Positions 35,934 through 47,222 of a stretch of DNA of 64,000 bases are shown here, piece after piece. The position numbers and the translations under genes are program-made. Origin of the DNA: an uncultured Solirubrobacterales bacterium (GTDB taxonomy: Bacteria; Actinomycetota; Thermoleophilia; Solirubrobacterales; 70-9); assembly GCA_963810105.1 (NCBI GenBank), contig CAWEMB010000001.1, positions 781,112 to 845,111 on the forward strand, given 5' to 3'. Under the pieces are notes generated by a model. That model was not told where the DNA came from. It saw only the letters and a list, made by a program, of their open reading frames with translations, and searched no databases. The number at the start of each line of letters is the position of its first letter. Positions within the stretch are counted from its first letter, which is position 1.

Positions 35934-36515
35934 ATGCCGCCGCTGACGATTGGCCTCACCGGCGGGATTGCGGCCGGTAAGTCCGAGGCTCTGGCCGCCT
36001 TCGAGCGGCTCGGCGCAGCGACGATCTCGAGTGACGCTGTCGTCCATGAGCTGCTCGACAGCGAACCCCTGCTCGGCCGCCTGACCGGGCGCTGGGGGAA
36101 GGAGATCGCTCCCGGCGGGAAAGTCGACCGCAATAAGGTCGGGGAGGTCGTTTTCGCCGATCCGGAGGAGCTTGCGTGGCTGGAGGCCCAGATACACCCG
36201 CTGGTGGGAGAGCGCATTGGCGCCTGGCTGGCCTCCCTGCCCGTGGACTGCGATGTCGCCGTGGTCGAGGTGCCGCTGCTGTTCGAGTCCGAGATGGGCG
36301 GCGTCTTCCAGACCACGGTCGCCGTCGTCACCTCCGACGAGGTCCGCAGGGCCAGGGCGGAGGCGCGGGGGCACACGCTTGTCGGCGAGCGCGAGGCGCG
36401 CCAGCTCCCGCAGGAGGAGAAGGCCTCCCGTGCCGAGCACGTGATCGAGAACGAGGGCAGCCTCGAGGATCTCGAACGGGCGCTGTCCGCGCTTGTCGAG
36501 AAGCTGAGGGCATGA
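35934..36515 (+). CDS. coaE: dephospho-CoA kinase
   Basis: IGLTGGIAAGKS is a P-loop. The position after rpsA matches other Actinomycetota. Confidence 0.9.
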   Translation: MPPLTIGLTGGIAAGKSEALAAFERLGAATISSDAVVHELLDSEPLLGRLTGRWGKEIAPGGKVDRNKVGEVVFADPEELAWLEAQIHPLVGERIGAWLASLPVDCDVAVVEVPLLFESEMGGVFQTTVAVVTSDEVRRARAEARGHTLVGEREARQLPQEEKASRAEHVIENEGSLEDLERALSALVEKLRA

Positions 36516-37114
36516 CGCGGAAACGGGGCCGGCGAAGCGCGCGCACGACGAGGCGGAGGCGCCTGCTCGCCGGTGGCGCCATCGTCGCCGCCGGCGTTGC
36601 GACGGGGGTGCTGCTCGGCGTCGTCGGCAAGGTGGATGACGCGATACAGGAACTGACCCTGCCCCTGCGCCACGAGGACATCATTCGCCAGCAAGCCGGG
36701 GAGAAGGAGCTCGACGCCTCCCTGGTGGCGGCGGTGATCTACGCCGAGTCGCGCTTCCGCGACCAGACATCGGAGGCCGGTGCCCGCGGCCTGATGCAGA
36801 TAACGCCTGAAACCGCCCTCGACATAGCCCATCGCAGCGAGGCGCAGACCTTCGTCCTCAAAGACCTCGGCGATCCACAGATAAACATCAGCTACGGCAC
36901 CTACCACCTGCGGGACCTCTTCGCACAGTACGACGGCAATGAGATCGCGGTCCTGGCCGCCTATAACGCGGGCTCGGGCAACGTCGACAAGTGGGGCGGG
37001 GCGGGCCTCGGGCTCGACGACATCCGCTTTTCGGAGACGCGGGCCTATGTCGAAGACGTGCTCGACAAGCAGGACGCCTACCGCGACGAGTACGCCAGGG
37101 AGCTCGGCTACTGA
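36512..37114 (+). CDS. membrane-anchored lytic transglycosylase (SLT domain)
   Basis: MTRKRGRRSA... and a TM anchor are followed by AVIYAESRF...GLMQITPETA, an SLT motif. It shares an ATGA overlap with coaE. Confidence 0.8.
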   Translation: MTRKRGRRSARTTRRRRLLAGGAIVAAGVATGVLLGVVGKVDDAIQELTLPLRHEDIIRQQAGEKELDASLVAAVIYAESRFRDQTSEAGARGLMQITPETALDIAHRSEAQTFVLKDLGDPQINISYGTYHLRDLFAQYDGNEIAVLAAYNAGSGNVDKWGGAGLGLDDIRFSETRAYVEDVLDKQDAYRDEYARELGY

Positions 37115-38484
37115 TGCCCTCGTCTCCTCGACCACGGGTTGGCGCCCTCGCGCTGGCCGTCGGCCTCGTCCTGGCCGATTCCTCGATCGTCGTCCTGGCG
37201 CTGCCGGAGATATATCGGGAGCTCGATACCAGCGTGGCCGGAGTCACCTGGGTCCTGATCTCTTTCAACCTCGTGATGGCGCTTGCGGCGGTGCCCGCGG
37301 CGCACGTCGCGCGCCGGGTCGGGCCAGGCCGCGCGGCCGCGGTCGGCCTCGCCGTCTTCGCCGGCGCCAGCCTCGCCTGCGGGCTCTCCGCGGACCTGAC
37401 GACCCTGATCGCCGCACGCTGCGTGCAGGCGTTGGGAGGCGCTGCGGCGGTGACCGCGGTGCTGGAGCTGCTTCCGGCGACCGTCGGCTCGGAGCGCCGC
37501 GCCGCGGTGGTCTGGGCCGGGGCGGGGGCCACCGGCGCAGCGCTCGGGCCGGCGATCGGCGGCGTGCTGACCGAGCTGGTCTCGTGGCAGTCGATCTTCC
37601 TCTTCCAGGTGCCGGTGGCACTCGCCGCTGCGGTGCCGATCCTCGCCGTGGCTCGCCACGAGGCGGCCACCGGGGTCCTCGAAACGGAGCTGCGCCGCAC
37701 CGGGCGCCCCCACCTGATCGCCAACCTGGCGCTGGCGATGGTCTCGGCGGCGATCGCGGCGGCGCTGTTCCTGCTCGTGCTGCTGCTGATCGAGGGCTGG
37801 CGCCTCTCACCGATCGGCGCCGCGGTCGTCGTCTCCGTGATGCCGATCTCAGCCCTGCTGGGCGGGCGCATCACTCCCTTGGTGCCGAGTGCGAGGGCGC
37901 GCGCCGCCGCGGGAGCGATTCTGGTCTCCGGCGGCCTGGGGGGCCTGGCTTTGCTGCCCAAGGCTCTGGTTGTGCTCACGGTGCCGCCGCAGGTGCTCGT
38001 GGGGGTGGGCCTTGCTCTCGTGCTCTCCGCTCTGACTGAGACCGCGCTCGCCGGGCGCGCGCCGCAGGCGATTCACGGCGGCTGGACGATCTCCGCTCGC
38101 CACGCGGGCGTCGTGATCGGCCTGCTCGCCCTGACGCCGCTGTTCACCAGCGACATCGCCGAGCAGCGCCAGGATGCGATCGATGCGGGCACCGCCGTCA
38201 TCCTCGACTCGCGCGTCAGCCCGCTGTTGAAGATCGAGCTCGCCCAGCGGCTCGACGATCGCCTCGAGGGGGAGAAGGGGAGGGTGCCGACGATCGGCCC
38301 CGCCTTCGAGCCGCTGCCGGACGATCCAGCCGATCGCGCCGACGTGATTGAGCTGCGCGACGAACTGCAGGACCAGCTCGACCGCGGCGCGACCCATGCC
38401 TTCAGCCCCTCCTTCGGCCTCGGCGCGATCCTCGCAGCGCTTGCTCTGATCCCGATCGGCCTGGCGAGGAGGATCGAGCTATGA
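37114..38484 (+). CDS. MFS transporter
   Basis: The start ATG 37114 overlaps the SLT stop (TGATG). The product has multiple TM segments and is DHA2-like. Confidence 0.75.
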   Translation: MPSSPRPRVGALALAVGLVLADSSIVVLALPEIYRELDTSVAGVTWVLISFNLVMALAAVPAAHVARRVGPGRAAAVGLAVFAGASLACGLSADLTTLIAARCVQALGGAAAVTAVLELLPATVGSERRAAVVWAGAGATGAALGPAIGGVLTELVSWQSIFLFQVPVALAAAVPILAVARHEAATGVLETELRRTGRPHLIANLALAMVSAAIAAALFLLVLLLIEGWRLSPIGAAVVVSVMPISALLGGRITPLVPSARARAAAGAILVSGGLGGLALLPKALVVLTVPPQVLVGVGLALVLSALTETALAGRAPQAIHGGWTISARHAGVVIGLLALTPLFTSDIAEQRQDAIDAGTAVILDSRVSPLLKIELAQRLDDRLEGEKGRVPTIGPAFEPLPDDPADRADVIELRDELQDQLDRGATHAFSPSFGLGAILAALALIPIGLARRIEL

Positions 38485-39023
38485 GCAGAGCGCGGCTCTG
38501 GGGCGACGACACGCGCGCGACGGTCCTCGTCGCCGGCGCGATCGCCTCCGCCCTGGTGCTGGTGATCACCTACCTTCTTGCCGGGGGCGCCTCCTACACC
38601 CCGGCCAAGACCCAGGACCCGTGCGAGCCCCGTCCCTGGCGAGACCCTCAAGGCCTGCAGCAGATCGCGGATCAGTTCTCCCTCTCGGCGCTCGACGGCG
38701 CTGCCTGCGAGCTCGGAGTGACGAGGGAGACGCTGGCCAGGGCTCTGGCGACGCCGGAGTCACGCGAGCGCTTCACAGAGCGCTACGGGATCGAGGACGA
38801 AGAGCTGGCGCAGGCGGTCCGCGCCGGGCTGCTGCGGGCAGTTGACGACGCCGAAGAGGCGGGCGCTCTCAATCCTCTGCTTGGGGTGCCGCTGCGGGAG
38901 ACGCTGCGGCGAATCCCGCTCGACGAAGCGATTGAACTGATCGATGACGCCCGCTCGCTGCTCGACAACCTGCAGACCTTTCTCGGCCCGGCGCAGGGGT
39001 TGCTCGAACAGTTCCTGCCCTAG
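38481..39023 (+). CDS. hypothetical membrane-anchored protein
   Basis: The 180-aa product has one N-terminal TM segment. It shares an ATGA overlap with the MFS gene. No family recognised. Confidence 0.5.
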   Translation: MSRARLWGDDTRATVLVAGAIASALVLVITYLLAGGASYTPAKTQDPCEPRPWRDPQGLQQIADQFSLSALDGAACELGVTRETLARALATPESRERFTERYGIEDEELAQAVRAGLLRAVDDAEEAGALNPLLGVPLRETLRRIPLDEAIELIDDARSLLDNLQTFLGPAQGLLEQFLP

Positions 39024-39091
39024 GGCCCGTCTCACGGGGCCAATAGAGGCCCTGTCCCAACGGGGCGGGGGAGTCGATCTACCGCCGGGCC

Positions 39092-39340
39092 CTAGCCTTT
39101 GAACTGGAAGCGGCCTTTGGCCGGCAGCCAGCGCATGCCGGCACACAGTTCGTCGGGGGTGACGTTGAGCGCGCCGGCGAGCTTGACGATCGTGCCCAAG
39201 CGAGGCTCGCGCCCGCCTCGCTCCAGCAATGAGATCTCGGTCCGGTGCAGCTGGCAGCGGAAGCCGAGCTCCTCCTGGGAGATCTCCCTCTTCTGGCGCG
39301 CCTTGCGCAGGTTGACGGCAAAGCGTTGACGTGGCTCCAT
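39092..39340 (-). CDS. XRE-family helix-turn-helix transcriptional regulator (82 aa)
   Basis: MEPRQRFAVNLRKARQKREISQEELGFRCQLHRTEISLLERGGREPRLGTIVKLAGAL is an HTH_3-type sequence. It is the only credible part of the 938-aa ORF 39092..41908. Confidence 0.75.
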   Translation of the reverse strand: MEPRQRFAVNLRKARQKREISQEELGFRCQLHRTEISLLERGGREPRLGTIVKLAGALNVTPDELCAGMRWLPAKGRFQFKG

Positions 39341-39435
39341 TGCAGGAGATGTTCGCGCCCTGAAGACAGAGACTCTACAGACAAAACATCGCGCCGACTC
39401 GGTGTTCGCAACCGCTCGCGAGGGCTGCGCCGGCC

Positions 39436-39804
39436 TCAGCTGCGCGTCGCGCGCCAGACCCAGTACATCGCCAGCGGTTGCAGCGGCAGCCGAGCCCACA
39501 ACGCCCAGCGGGGCACCCGCTTCAGGTCCAGCCCCTTGACCTGCTCTGGGTTCACCGCCATGTGCACGTTCGCCGGAAAGACGAGGGCAAGCAGCGCCAG
39601 CAGCCACCAGCGCGCGAATCGGCGGCTGCCCTGTGGCATCACCGCCAGCCCGCCGGCGATCTCGGCGATGCCGCTGACCACGACCGCCTCGCGATGGCGC
39701 GGCAGCCGCGGCGGCATCATCGCTTCGTAGCTGCGCGGGACGAAGAAGTGCATCGCGCCGGCGAAGACGAAGAAGCCGGCCAGGCCCTTTTGCGAGCGCG
39801 TCAT
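39436..39804 (-). CDS. DoxX-like membrane protein
   Basis: [23 protein letters not shown]...[10 protein letters not shown] is DoxX_2-like. The start is placed at ATG 39804. Confidence 0.6.
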   Translation of the reverse strand: MTRSQKGLAGFFVFAGAMHFFVPRSYEAMMPPRLPRHREAVVVSGIAEIAGGLAVMPQGSRRFARWWLLALLALVFPANVHMAVNPEQVKGLDLKRVPRWALWARLPLQPLAMYWVWRATRS

Positions 39805-39819
39805 GGGAGACAGTCTCCC
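39805..39819. promoter_or_regulatory. perfect 7-1-7 palindrome GGGAGAC-A-GTCTCCC in the divergent DoxX-like/uvrB region (possible operator)
   Basis: It abuts the DoxX-like start codon. Its centre lies about 48 nt upstream of uvrB GTG 39860. Confidence 0.25.
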
Positions 39820-39847
39820 AGCCACGGGCAACGCGGGGCCGCCTCGC

Positions 39848-39853
39848 TATCGT
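39848..39853 (+). promoter_or_regulatory. candidate -10 hexamer (TATCGT) for leaderless uvrB
   Basis: TATCGT is followed by a 6-nt spacer and then GTG 39860. Confidence 0.4.
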
Positions 39854-39859
39854 CGTCGT

Positions 39860-41878
39860 GTGCCCGAGTTCAAGCTCAATCCCGCCTACACCCCGACCGC
39901 CGACCAGCCGCAGGCGATCGCCGGCCTGGCCGAAGGGCTGGAGAAGGGGGAAAGGTTCCAGACACTGCTGGGGGCGACGGGGACCGGCAAGACGTTCACG
40001 ATGGCCGGTGTGATCGAGGCCGCGCAGCGGCCGTCGCTTGTGATCGCGCACAACAAGACGCTGGCGGCTCAGCTCTGCAACGAGTTTCGTGAGTTCTTCC
40101 CCGACAACGTGGTCGAGTACTTCGTCTCCTACTACGACTACTACCAGCCCGAGGCCTACGTCCCGGCCCAGGACCTCTACATCGAGAAGGACTCCTCGAT
40201 CAATGATGAGATCGACCGGCTGCGCCACGCGGCTACGGCGGCGCTGTTCGCCCGCCGCGACGTGATCATCGTCGCCTCCGTCTCCTGCATCTACGGCATC
40301 GGCTCGCCGCAGGTCTACAACGAAAAAATGCAGCTCTTCAAAGTCGGCGAGGCGATCGACCGCGACGAGGTGCTGCGCAAGCTGGTCAAGATCCAGTATC
40401 AGCGCAATGACGCCACCCTCGGCCGCGGCACCTTTCGGGTCCGCGGCGAGGTGCTGGAGATCATGCCCTCCTACGCGGAGTCGGCCTACCGGATCTCCCT
40501 CTTCGGCGATGAGATCGAGGGCATCCAGCACTTCGATCCGCTGAGCGGCGAGGTGCTCGACACGATCGACCACGTCTCGGTCTGGCCGGCATCGCACTAC
40601 GTGACCAAAGACGAGACGCTGGAGCGCGCCGTGGAGGAGATCCGCGCCGAATTGAACTCGCGCACCGCCGAGCTCGAGGCCGAGGGCAAGCAGCTGGAGG
40701 CCCATCGCCTGCACCAGCGCACCGCCTACGACATCGAGATGCTGAAAGAGATCGGCTTCACCTCGGGGATCGAGAACTACTCGCGGATCCTCGACGGCCG
40801 CCCGTCCGGCAGCCCGCCGCACACGCTGGTCGACTACTTCCCCGATGACTTCGTCGTCTTCGTCGACGAGTCCCACCAGACGGTGCCTCAGATCGGCGGC
40901 ATGTATGAGGGCGACCGCTCGCGCAAGCAGACGCTGATCGATTACGGCTTTCGCCTGCCCTCGGCGATCGACAACCGGCCGCTCAAGTTCGACGAGTTCC
41001 TGGCCCGGGTCGACAACCTGGTCATGGTCTCGGCGACGCCGGGCCCCTTCGAGCACGCCGAATCGACGCGGATCGTCGAGCAGATCGTGCGCCCGACGGG
41101 GATCGTCGATCCAGAGATCGAGGTGCGGGAGACGAGGAATCAGATCGACGACCTGATGAACGAGATCAGAGCCCGGGCCGAGGCCGGCGACCGCGTGCTG
41201 GTGACGACGCTGACGAAGAAGATGGCCGAGGACCTGACCGCCTACCTGCTCGAGTACGGGATCAAGGTCCGCTATCTGCACTCTGAAATCGACACTCTGG
41301 AGCGGATCCAGATCATCCGCGAGTTGCGGCTGGGCGATTACGACGTCCTGGTCGGCGTCAACCTGCTGCGCGAGGGGCTCGACTTGCCGGAGGTCTCGCT
41401 GGTGGCGATTCTCGACGCCGACAAGGAGGGCTTCCTGCGCGGGGAGACCAGCCTGGTGCAGACGATCGGGCGCGCCGCGCGCAACGTCAACGGACGGGTG
41501 CTGATGTATGCGGACCGCGAGACGGAAGCGATGCGAGCCTCGATTCGCGAGACAGATCGCCGCCGGGCGATCCAGCTGGCCTACAACGAGGAGCACGGGA
41601 TCACGCCGGAGACGGTGCGCAAAGGGATCTCTGAGATGAGCGAGTTCCTGGCGATGGAGGACCGGGGGCCACGCCGTCGCCGCCGCCGCGGCGGCGAGAC
41701 GTTTGCCGACCCCGACGAGCTGGAGCGCACGATCGTCACCCTCGAGGAGGAGATGCTGGCCGCCGCGGACGACCTTCGCTTCGAGGAGGCGGGACGCATC
41801 CGCGACGAGTTGAAGGAGCTGCGCCGCGATCTGGACGGAATGCGTACCGGAGCCGGCGCCGAGCCGGAGATTGGGTAG
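39860..41878 (+). CDS. uvrB: excinuclease ABC subunit B
   Basis: [20 protein letters not shown]...[10 protein letters not shown]... helicase motifs and a C-terminal UVR domain are present. I moved the start from 39803 to GTG 39860. Confidence 0.95.
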   Translation: MPEFKLNPAYTPTADQPQAIAGLAEGLEKGERFQTLLGATGTGKTFTMAGVIEAAQRPSLVIAHNKTLAAQLCNEFREFFPDNVVEYFVSYYDYYQPEAYVPAQDLYIEKDSSINDEIDRLRHAATAALFARRDVIIVASVSCIYGIGSPQVYNEKMQLFKVGEAIDRDEVLRKLVKIQYQRNDATLGRGTFRVRGEVLEIMPSYAESAYRISLFGDEIEGIQHFDPLSGEVLDTIDHVSVWPASHYVTKDETLERAVEEIRAELNSRTAELEAEGKQLEAHRLHQRTAYDIEMLKEIGFTSGIENYSRILDGRPSGSPPHTLVDYFPDDFVVFVDESHQTVPQIGGMYEGDRSRKQTLIDYGFRLPSAIDNRPLKFDEFLARVDNLVMVSATPGPFEHAESTRIVEQIVRPTGIVDPEIEVRETRNQIDDLMNEIRARAEAGDRVLVTTLTKKMAEDLTAYLLEYGIKVRYLHSEIDTLERIQIIRELRLGDYDVLVGVNLLREGLDLPEVSLVAILDADKEGFLRGETSLVQTIGRAARNVNGRVLMYADRETEAMRASIRETDRRRAIQLAYNEEHGITPETVRKGISEMSEFLAMEDRGPRRRRRRGGETFADPDELERTIVTLEEEMLAAADDLRFEEAGRIRDELKELRRDLDGMRTGAGAEPEIG

Positions 41879-41881
41879 CGT
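41876..41881 (+). promoter_or_regulatory. candidate -10 hexamer (TAGCGT) overlapping the uvrB stop codon, for the collagen-like gene
   Basis: TAGCGT includes the uvrB TAG. An 8-nt spacer follows, then ATG 41890. Confidence 0.3.
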
Positions 41882-41889
41882 AGTTTTCG

Positions 41890-42429
41890 ATGAGGAGGCG
41901 CCTTCCAATCGCTCTCGCCTCGCTGGCGGTGACCGTCGCGCTGCTGCCCTCAGGTGCGTTAGGTGCGGCCGAAGAAACGATCTCCGCCGCCTACTTCTGC
42001 GTCCGCACGCAGAAGCCCGACAAGGGCGTGGTGCGGATCGTGCGGGCGGATGCGACCTGCCGATCGAACGAAAAGCGCTACATCATCGCCGGGGCGACAG
42101 GGCCGACCGGCCCGACAGGCCCCATGGGACCCATCGGGCCCGCGGGCCCAATTGGCCCGATCGGCCCGGCCGGCGACACGGGACCGACCGGGCCCACGGG
42201 GCCGACCGGACCGCAAGGATCGACCGGCGCCACAGGTACGACCGGCCTGCAGGGGCCAACCGGCGTAACGGGCGCTACCGGGCCCGGGCCCATCGGCCCG
42301 ACCGGCCCGACCGGGCCCGAGGAGGGGTCGAGTGGCCCAACTGGATTGACCGGGCTGACGGGTGCAACCGGCGCCACGGGAGCAACCGGCCTGACCGGCG
42401 CCACCGGGCCGACCGGCGCCGCCGACTGA
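41890..42429 (+). CDS. secreted collagen-like (Gly-X-Y repeat) protein
   Basis: A signal peptide ([25 protein letters not shown]) is followed by a ~40-aa two-Cys N-domain and then about 35 GXY triplets (GPT/GAT/GPI...). There is no C-terminal globular domain. Confidence 0.75.
   Translation: MRRRLPIALASLAVTVALLPSGALGAAEETISAAYFCVRTQKPDKGVVRIVRADATCRSNEKRYIIAGATGPTGPTGPMGPIGPAGPIGPIGPAGDTGPTGPTGPTGPQGSTGATGTTGLQGPTGVTGATGPGPIGPTGPTGPEEGSSGPTGLTGLTGATGATGATGLTGATGPTGAAD
42091..42414 (+). repeat. 9-nt periodic coding repeat (Gly-X-Y triplets)
   Basis: GGNCCNACN-type units recur. They also generate the spurious alternate-frame and antisense ORFs here. Confidence 0.85.
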
Positions 42430-42484
42430 CGCACCCGCGGGCGATCAGCGTCGTCTTGCCGGCGACGTCACCCTGGACGGCATG

Positions 42485-42516
42485 CAGAGCGGGGGCCCGA
42501 GGCGACCCCCGCTCTG
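42485..42516. terminator. GC hairpin between convergent genes
   Basis: CAGAGCGGGGG-N10-CCCCCGCTCTG has a perfect 11-bp stem. It lies 5 nt from the SnoaL-like stop and 56 nt after the collagen-like stop. Confidence 0.55.
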
Positions 42517-42520
42517 GGCC

Positions 42521-42898
42521 TCAGACGAGAACCTTCGCCGCCTTGGCGCTGTCGGCGTAGAACTCTCCACGCACTATCTGGCCGTTGGCGAACTTGATCA
42601 GGTGGGCGAACGGCGACTCGAAGCTGCCACCGTCATTGGCGGCCCGCTGCGTGCCTCGTACGACCACCCAGTCGCCGGCATCGATGAACTCCTCTGGCTC
42701 GACGCTGAACGACGACCAGTAGTTCGGGATCTCGGCAAAGTTCCCGACGATGCTGTCGCGGCCCCGGGTTTCACCGCCCAGGGGCAGCTCGTCCGAGGTG
42801 AGCCAGGTGCTGTCCTCGGACAACATCTCTTTCAGTGCCGCCAGGTCTCCGCGGGCGAAGGCCTCATAGGCGGACCGGGCAATATCGAGGTTAGACAT
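42521..42898 (-). CDS. SnoaL-like / NTF2-fold protein
   Basis: The 125-aa product ([32 protein letters not shown]...) is SnoaL-like. A strong AAGGAGG lies 4 nt upstream of the ATG. Confidence 0.75.
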   Translation of the reverse strand: MSNLDIARSAYEAFARGDLAALKEMLSEDSTWLTSDELPLGGETRGRDSIVGNFAEIPNYWSSFSVEPEEFIDAGDWVVVRGTQRAANDGGSFESPFAHLIKFANGQIVRGEFYADSAKAAKVLV

Positions 42899-43068
42899 AT
42901 CTCCTCCTTATCGACTTGCCTCCCGCTCGTCTCACGGTACGCCTCTGCGGCGTCGCGTGCGCCGCGGCTAGGACGGCCACCGCGGCGCGGGCCATCTACT
43001 GCTGCGCAGGCAGGCGAAATGAGCGCTCGCGAGGGGGAATCCAGCGCCGCTTCCGGGCTTTTCTGAAG

Positions 43069-43082
43069 GGAACATCTGTTCG
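43069..43082. promoter_or_regulatory. LexA/SOS-box-like palindrome GGAACATCTGTTCG upstream of uvrA
   Basis: GAAC-N4-GTTC at 43070-43081 ends 7 nt upstream of the candidate -10 TAGAAT. Confidence 0.5.
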
Positions 43083-43088
43083 TCTGCG

Positions 43089-43094
43089 TAGAAT
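43089..43094 (+). promoter_or_regulatory. candidate -10 hexamer (TAGAAT) for leaderless uvrA
   Basis: TAGAAT is followed by a 7-nt spacer and then GTG 43102. Confidence 0.45.
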
Positions 43095-43101
43095 CGGCGC
43101 A

Positions 43102-45972
<2,871 letters not shown>

Positions 45973-45973
45973 A

Positions 45974-46081
45974 GCCCATCCCGGTAGGGGTTTCACTTAA
46001 CTTTTTCCGAAGGCACGTCGGGGCCGTCCGAGGTTCGCTGGCGGAAAAAGTACAAGACGTTCCACCCCTACCGGGATGGGC
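45974..46081. repeat. nested palindromic intergenic element, copy G (subfamily II, diverged)
   Basis: A perfect 18-bp outer inverted repeat, GCCCATCCCGGTAGGGGT / ACCCCTACCGGGATGGGC, flanks the core. The inner stem is CTTTTTCCG/CGGAAAAAG. The core ends match copy F (TCACTYAACTT..., ...AAGTACAAGMCGTTC). Confidence 0.9.
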
Positions 46082-46083
46082 CC

Positions 46084-46191
46084 ATGCGAGGAGCAGGGAG
46101 GCGCCGATGCGCCGCCTAGGTCGCCGAGGGAGGGGCTTTTATGCGACCAGAAGGGAGGCGCCGATTGCGCCGCCTAGGTCGCCGAGGGAGG
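46084..46191. repeat. tandem duplication of ~57 nt spanning the 3' end of the ROK kinase gene
   Basis: 46084-46133 and 46141-46191 align with 3 substitutions and 1 indel. The second unit encodes the last ~16 codons of the ROK gene on the minus strand. Confidence 0.8.
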
Positions 46192-47107
46192 CGACTCGTA
46201 CCGCTGGTGGGCGGGAGTCGACGAAGAGGTGCTTGCCCATCTCTTGGGTGAGCGGCTCCATGTAGCGGTCGCCGAAGCGGATGCCGAGGCCGCCGCCGAT
46301 GATCACCGCCTCGGGGTCGAGCAGGTTGACGGCGGAGGCGATTCCGGTGCCGAGAGCCTCGATCGCCCGCTCGATCAAGCTCTCTGCGAGGTCGTCGTCG
46401 TGGTCGATGGCCCGCTGCCAGATGCCGCTGGTCAGCCGCTCTTTCTCGTGCTTGTGCATCAGCTTGAAGAGGTCGGTCTTGGCGCCTTCCTTGTGGCGCC
46501 GCTGCGCCTCGGCTTCCATCGCGCCCCGGCCGGCATATGCCTCCAGGCAGCCCTCGCGCCCGCAGGGGCACTTGGCTCCGCCGCGCTTGACGACCATGTG
46601 TCCGATCTCGCCGGCCGCGCCGCGGCCGAGCCAGGGCTTGCCATCCAGCACCAGGCCGCCGCCGACCCCGGTCCCCCAGAAGACTCCGATCAGGCTCTGG
46701 AACTCTCGGCCGGCGCCGAGATGGAACTCGGCCTCGGTGGCGACCTGAACGTCGTTGCCGATCCGGACCCGGGCTCCGAGGGCCTCTTCGAGCGCCTTGG
46801 CGAGCGCAAAGCTCCCCTCCCAGCCGGGCAGGTTGCGAGCCGCTGAGACGACGCCGGTCTTCTCATCCGCATCCCCTGGAGAGCCAACCCCGATGCCCTC
46901 GAGCGCATCCGTGTCGATGTCCGCCTTGGCAGCGGCCTCGCGCAGCGCCGCCGCCATCTCGGCGGCGACGTCCTGCGGGCCGCCGCTGGTCGGCGTCGGC
47001 CGCCGCGCCTCCCCGAGCACCTCGCCCTGGGGATCGACGATCGCAGTCTGGATCTTGGTCCCGCCGAGGTCGATGCCGCCGCGAAGCTTGCCCGCCGCGG
47101 GGCTCAC
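46139..47107 (-). CDS. ROK-family glucokinase
   Basis: GIDLGGTKI and the ROK zinc motif GHMVV...CPCGREGCLEAY are present. GTG 47107 overlaps the stop of the upstream small ORF (GTGA). Confidence 0.9.
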   Translation of the reverse strand: MSPAAGKLRGGIDLGGTKIQTAIVDPQGEVLGEARRPTPTSGGPQDVAAEMAAALREAAAKADIDTDALEGIGVGSPGDADEKTGVVSAARNLPGWEGSFALAKALEEALGARVRIGNDVQVATEAEFHLGAGREFQSLIGVFWGTGVGGGLVLDGKPWLGRGAAGEIGHMVVKRGGAKCPCGREGCLEAYAGRGAMEAEAQRRHKEGAKTDLFKLMHKHEKERLTSGIWQRAIDHDDDLAESLIERAIEALGTGIASAVNLLDPEAVIIGGGLGIRFGDRYMEPLTQEMGKHLFVDSRPPAVRVASLGDLGGAIGASLLVA

Positions 47108-47220
47108 GGCGCCAGTCCGAAGCCGTCGGTGGCGAAGTAGGCGATTACGAAGAGGGTGCCGCCGACGATGATGAGCCAGTAGTACCAGTAGCCTCCGCCG
47201 CGGCGCCGGTGAATCGCCAT
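47104..47220 (-). CDS. small membrane protein, 38 aa (not a separate ORF in the track)
   Basis: MAIHRRRGGGYWYYWLIIVGGTLFVIAYFATDGFGLAP*. Its ATG lies 2 nt after the upstream stop and its own stop overlaps the ROK start. Confidence 0.4.
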   Translation of the reverse strand: MAIHRRRGGGYWYYWLIIVGGTLFVIAYFATDGFGLAP

Positions 47221-47222
47221 CG

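Noticed and set aside
39341-41908. The upstream ~850 residues of the 938-aa minus-strand ORF 39092..41908.
   Set aside because: This part is antisense to uvrB and overlaps the DoxX-like gene. Only the last 82 codons (39092..39340, an XRE HTH protein) look real.
42091-42414. A short-period nucleotide repeat that could be mistaken for a CRISPR or VNTR array.
   Set aside because: The period is 9 nt and it is in frame with Gly-X-Y codons of a signal-peptide-bearing ORF. There is no 25-40 nt repeat/spacer architecture anywhere in the window.
41871-42560. A 229-aa alternate-frame ORF and a 118-aa antisense ORF (42078..42434) over the collagen-like gene.
   Set aside because: They are by-products of the 9-nt periodic repeat. 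Only the frame starting at 41890 has a signal peptide and uninterrupted Gly-X-Y logic.
42959-42988. The hairpin GCGCCGCGG-N12-CCGCGGCGC in the SnoaL-like/uvrA divergent region, considered as a regulatory element.
   Set aside because: It is a perfect 9-bp stem, but it is pure GC sequence of a kind that arises easily in this genome. It is not positioned at either promoter, and I have no supporting evidence.
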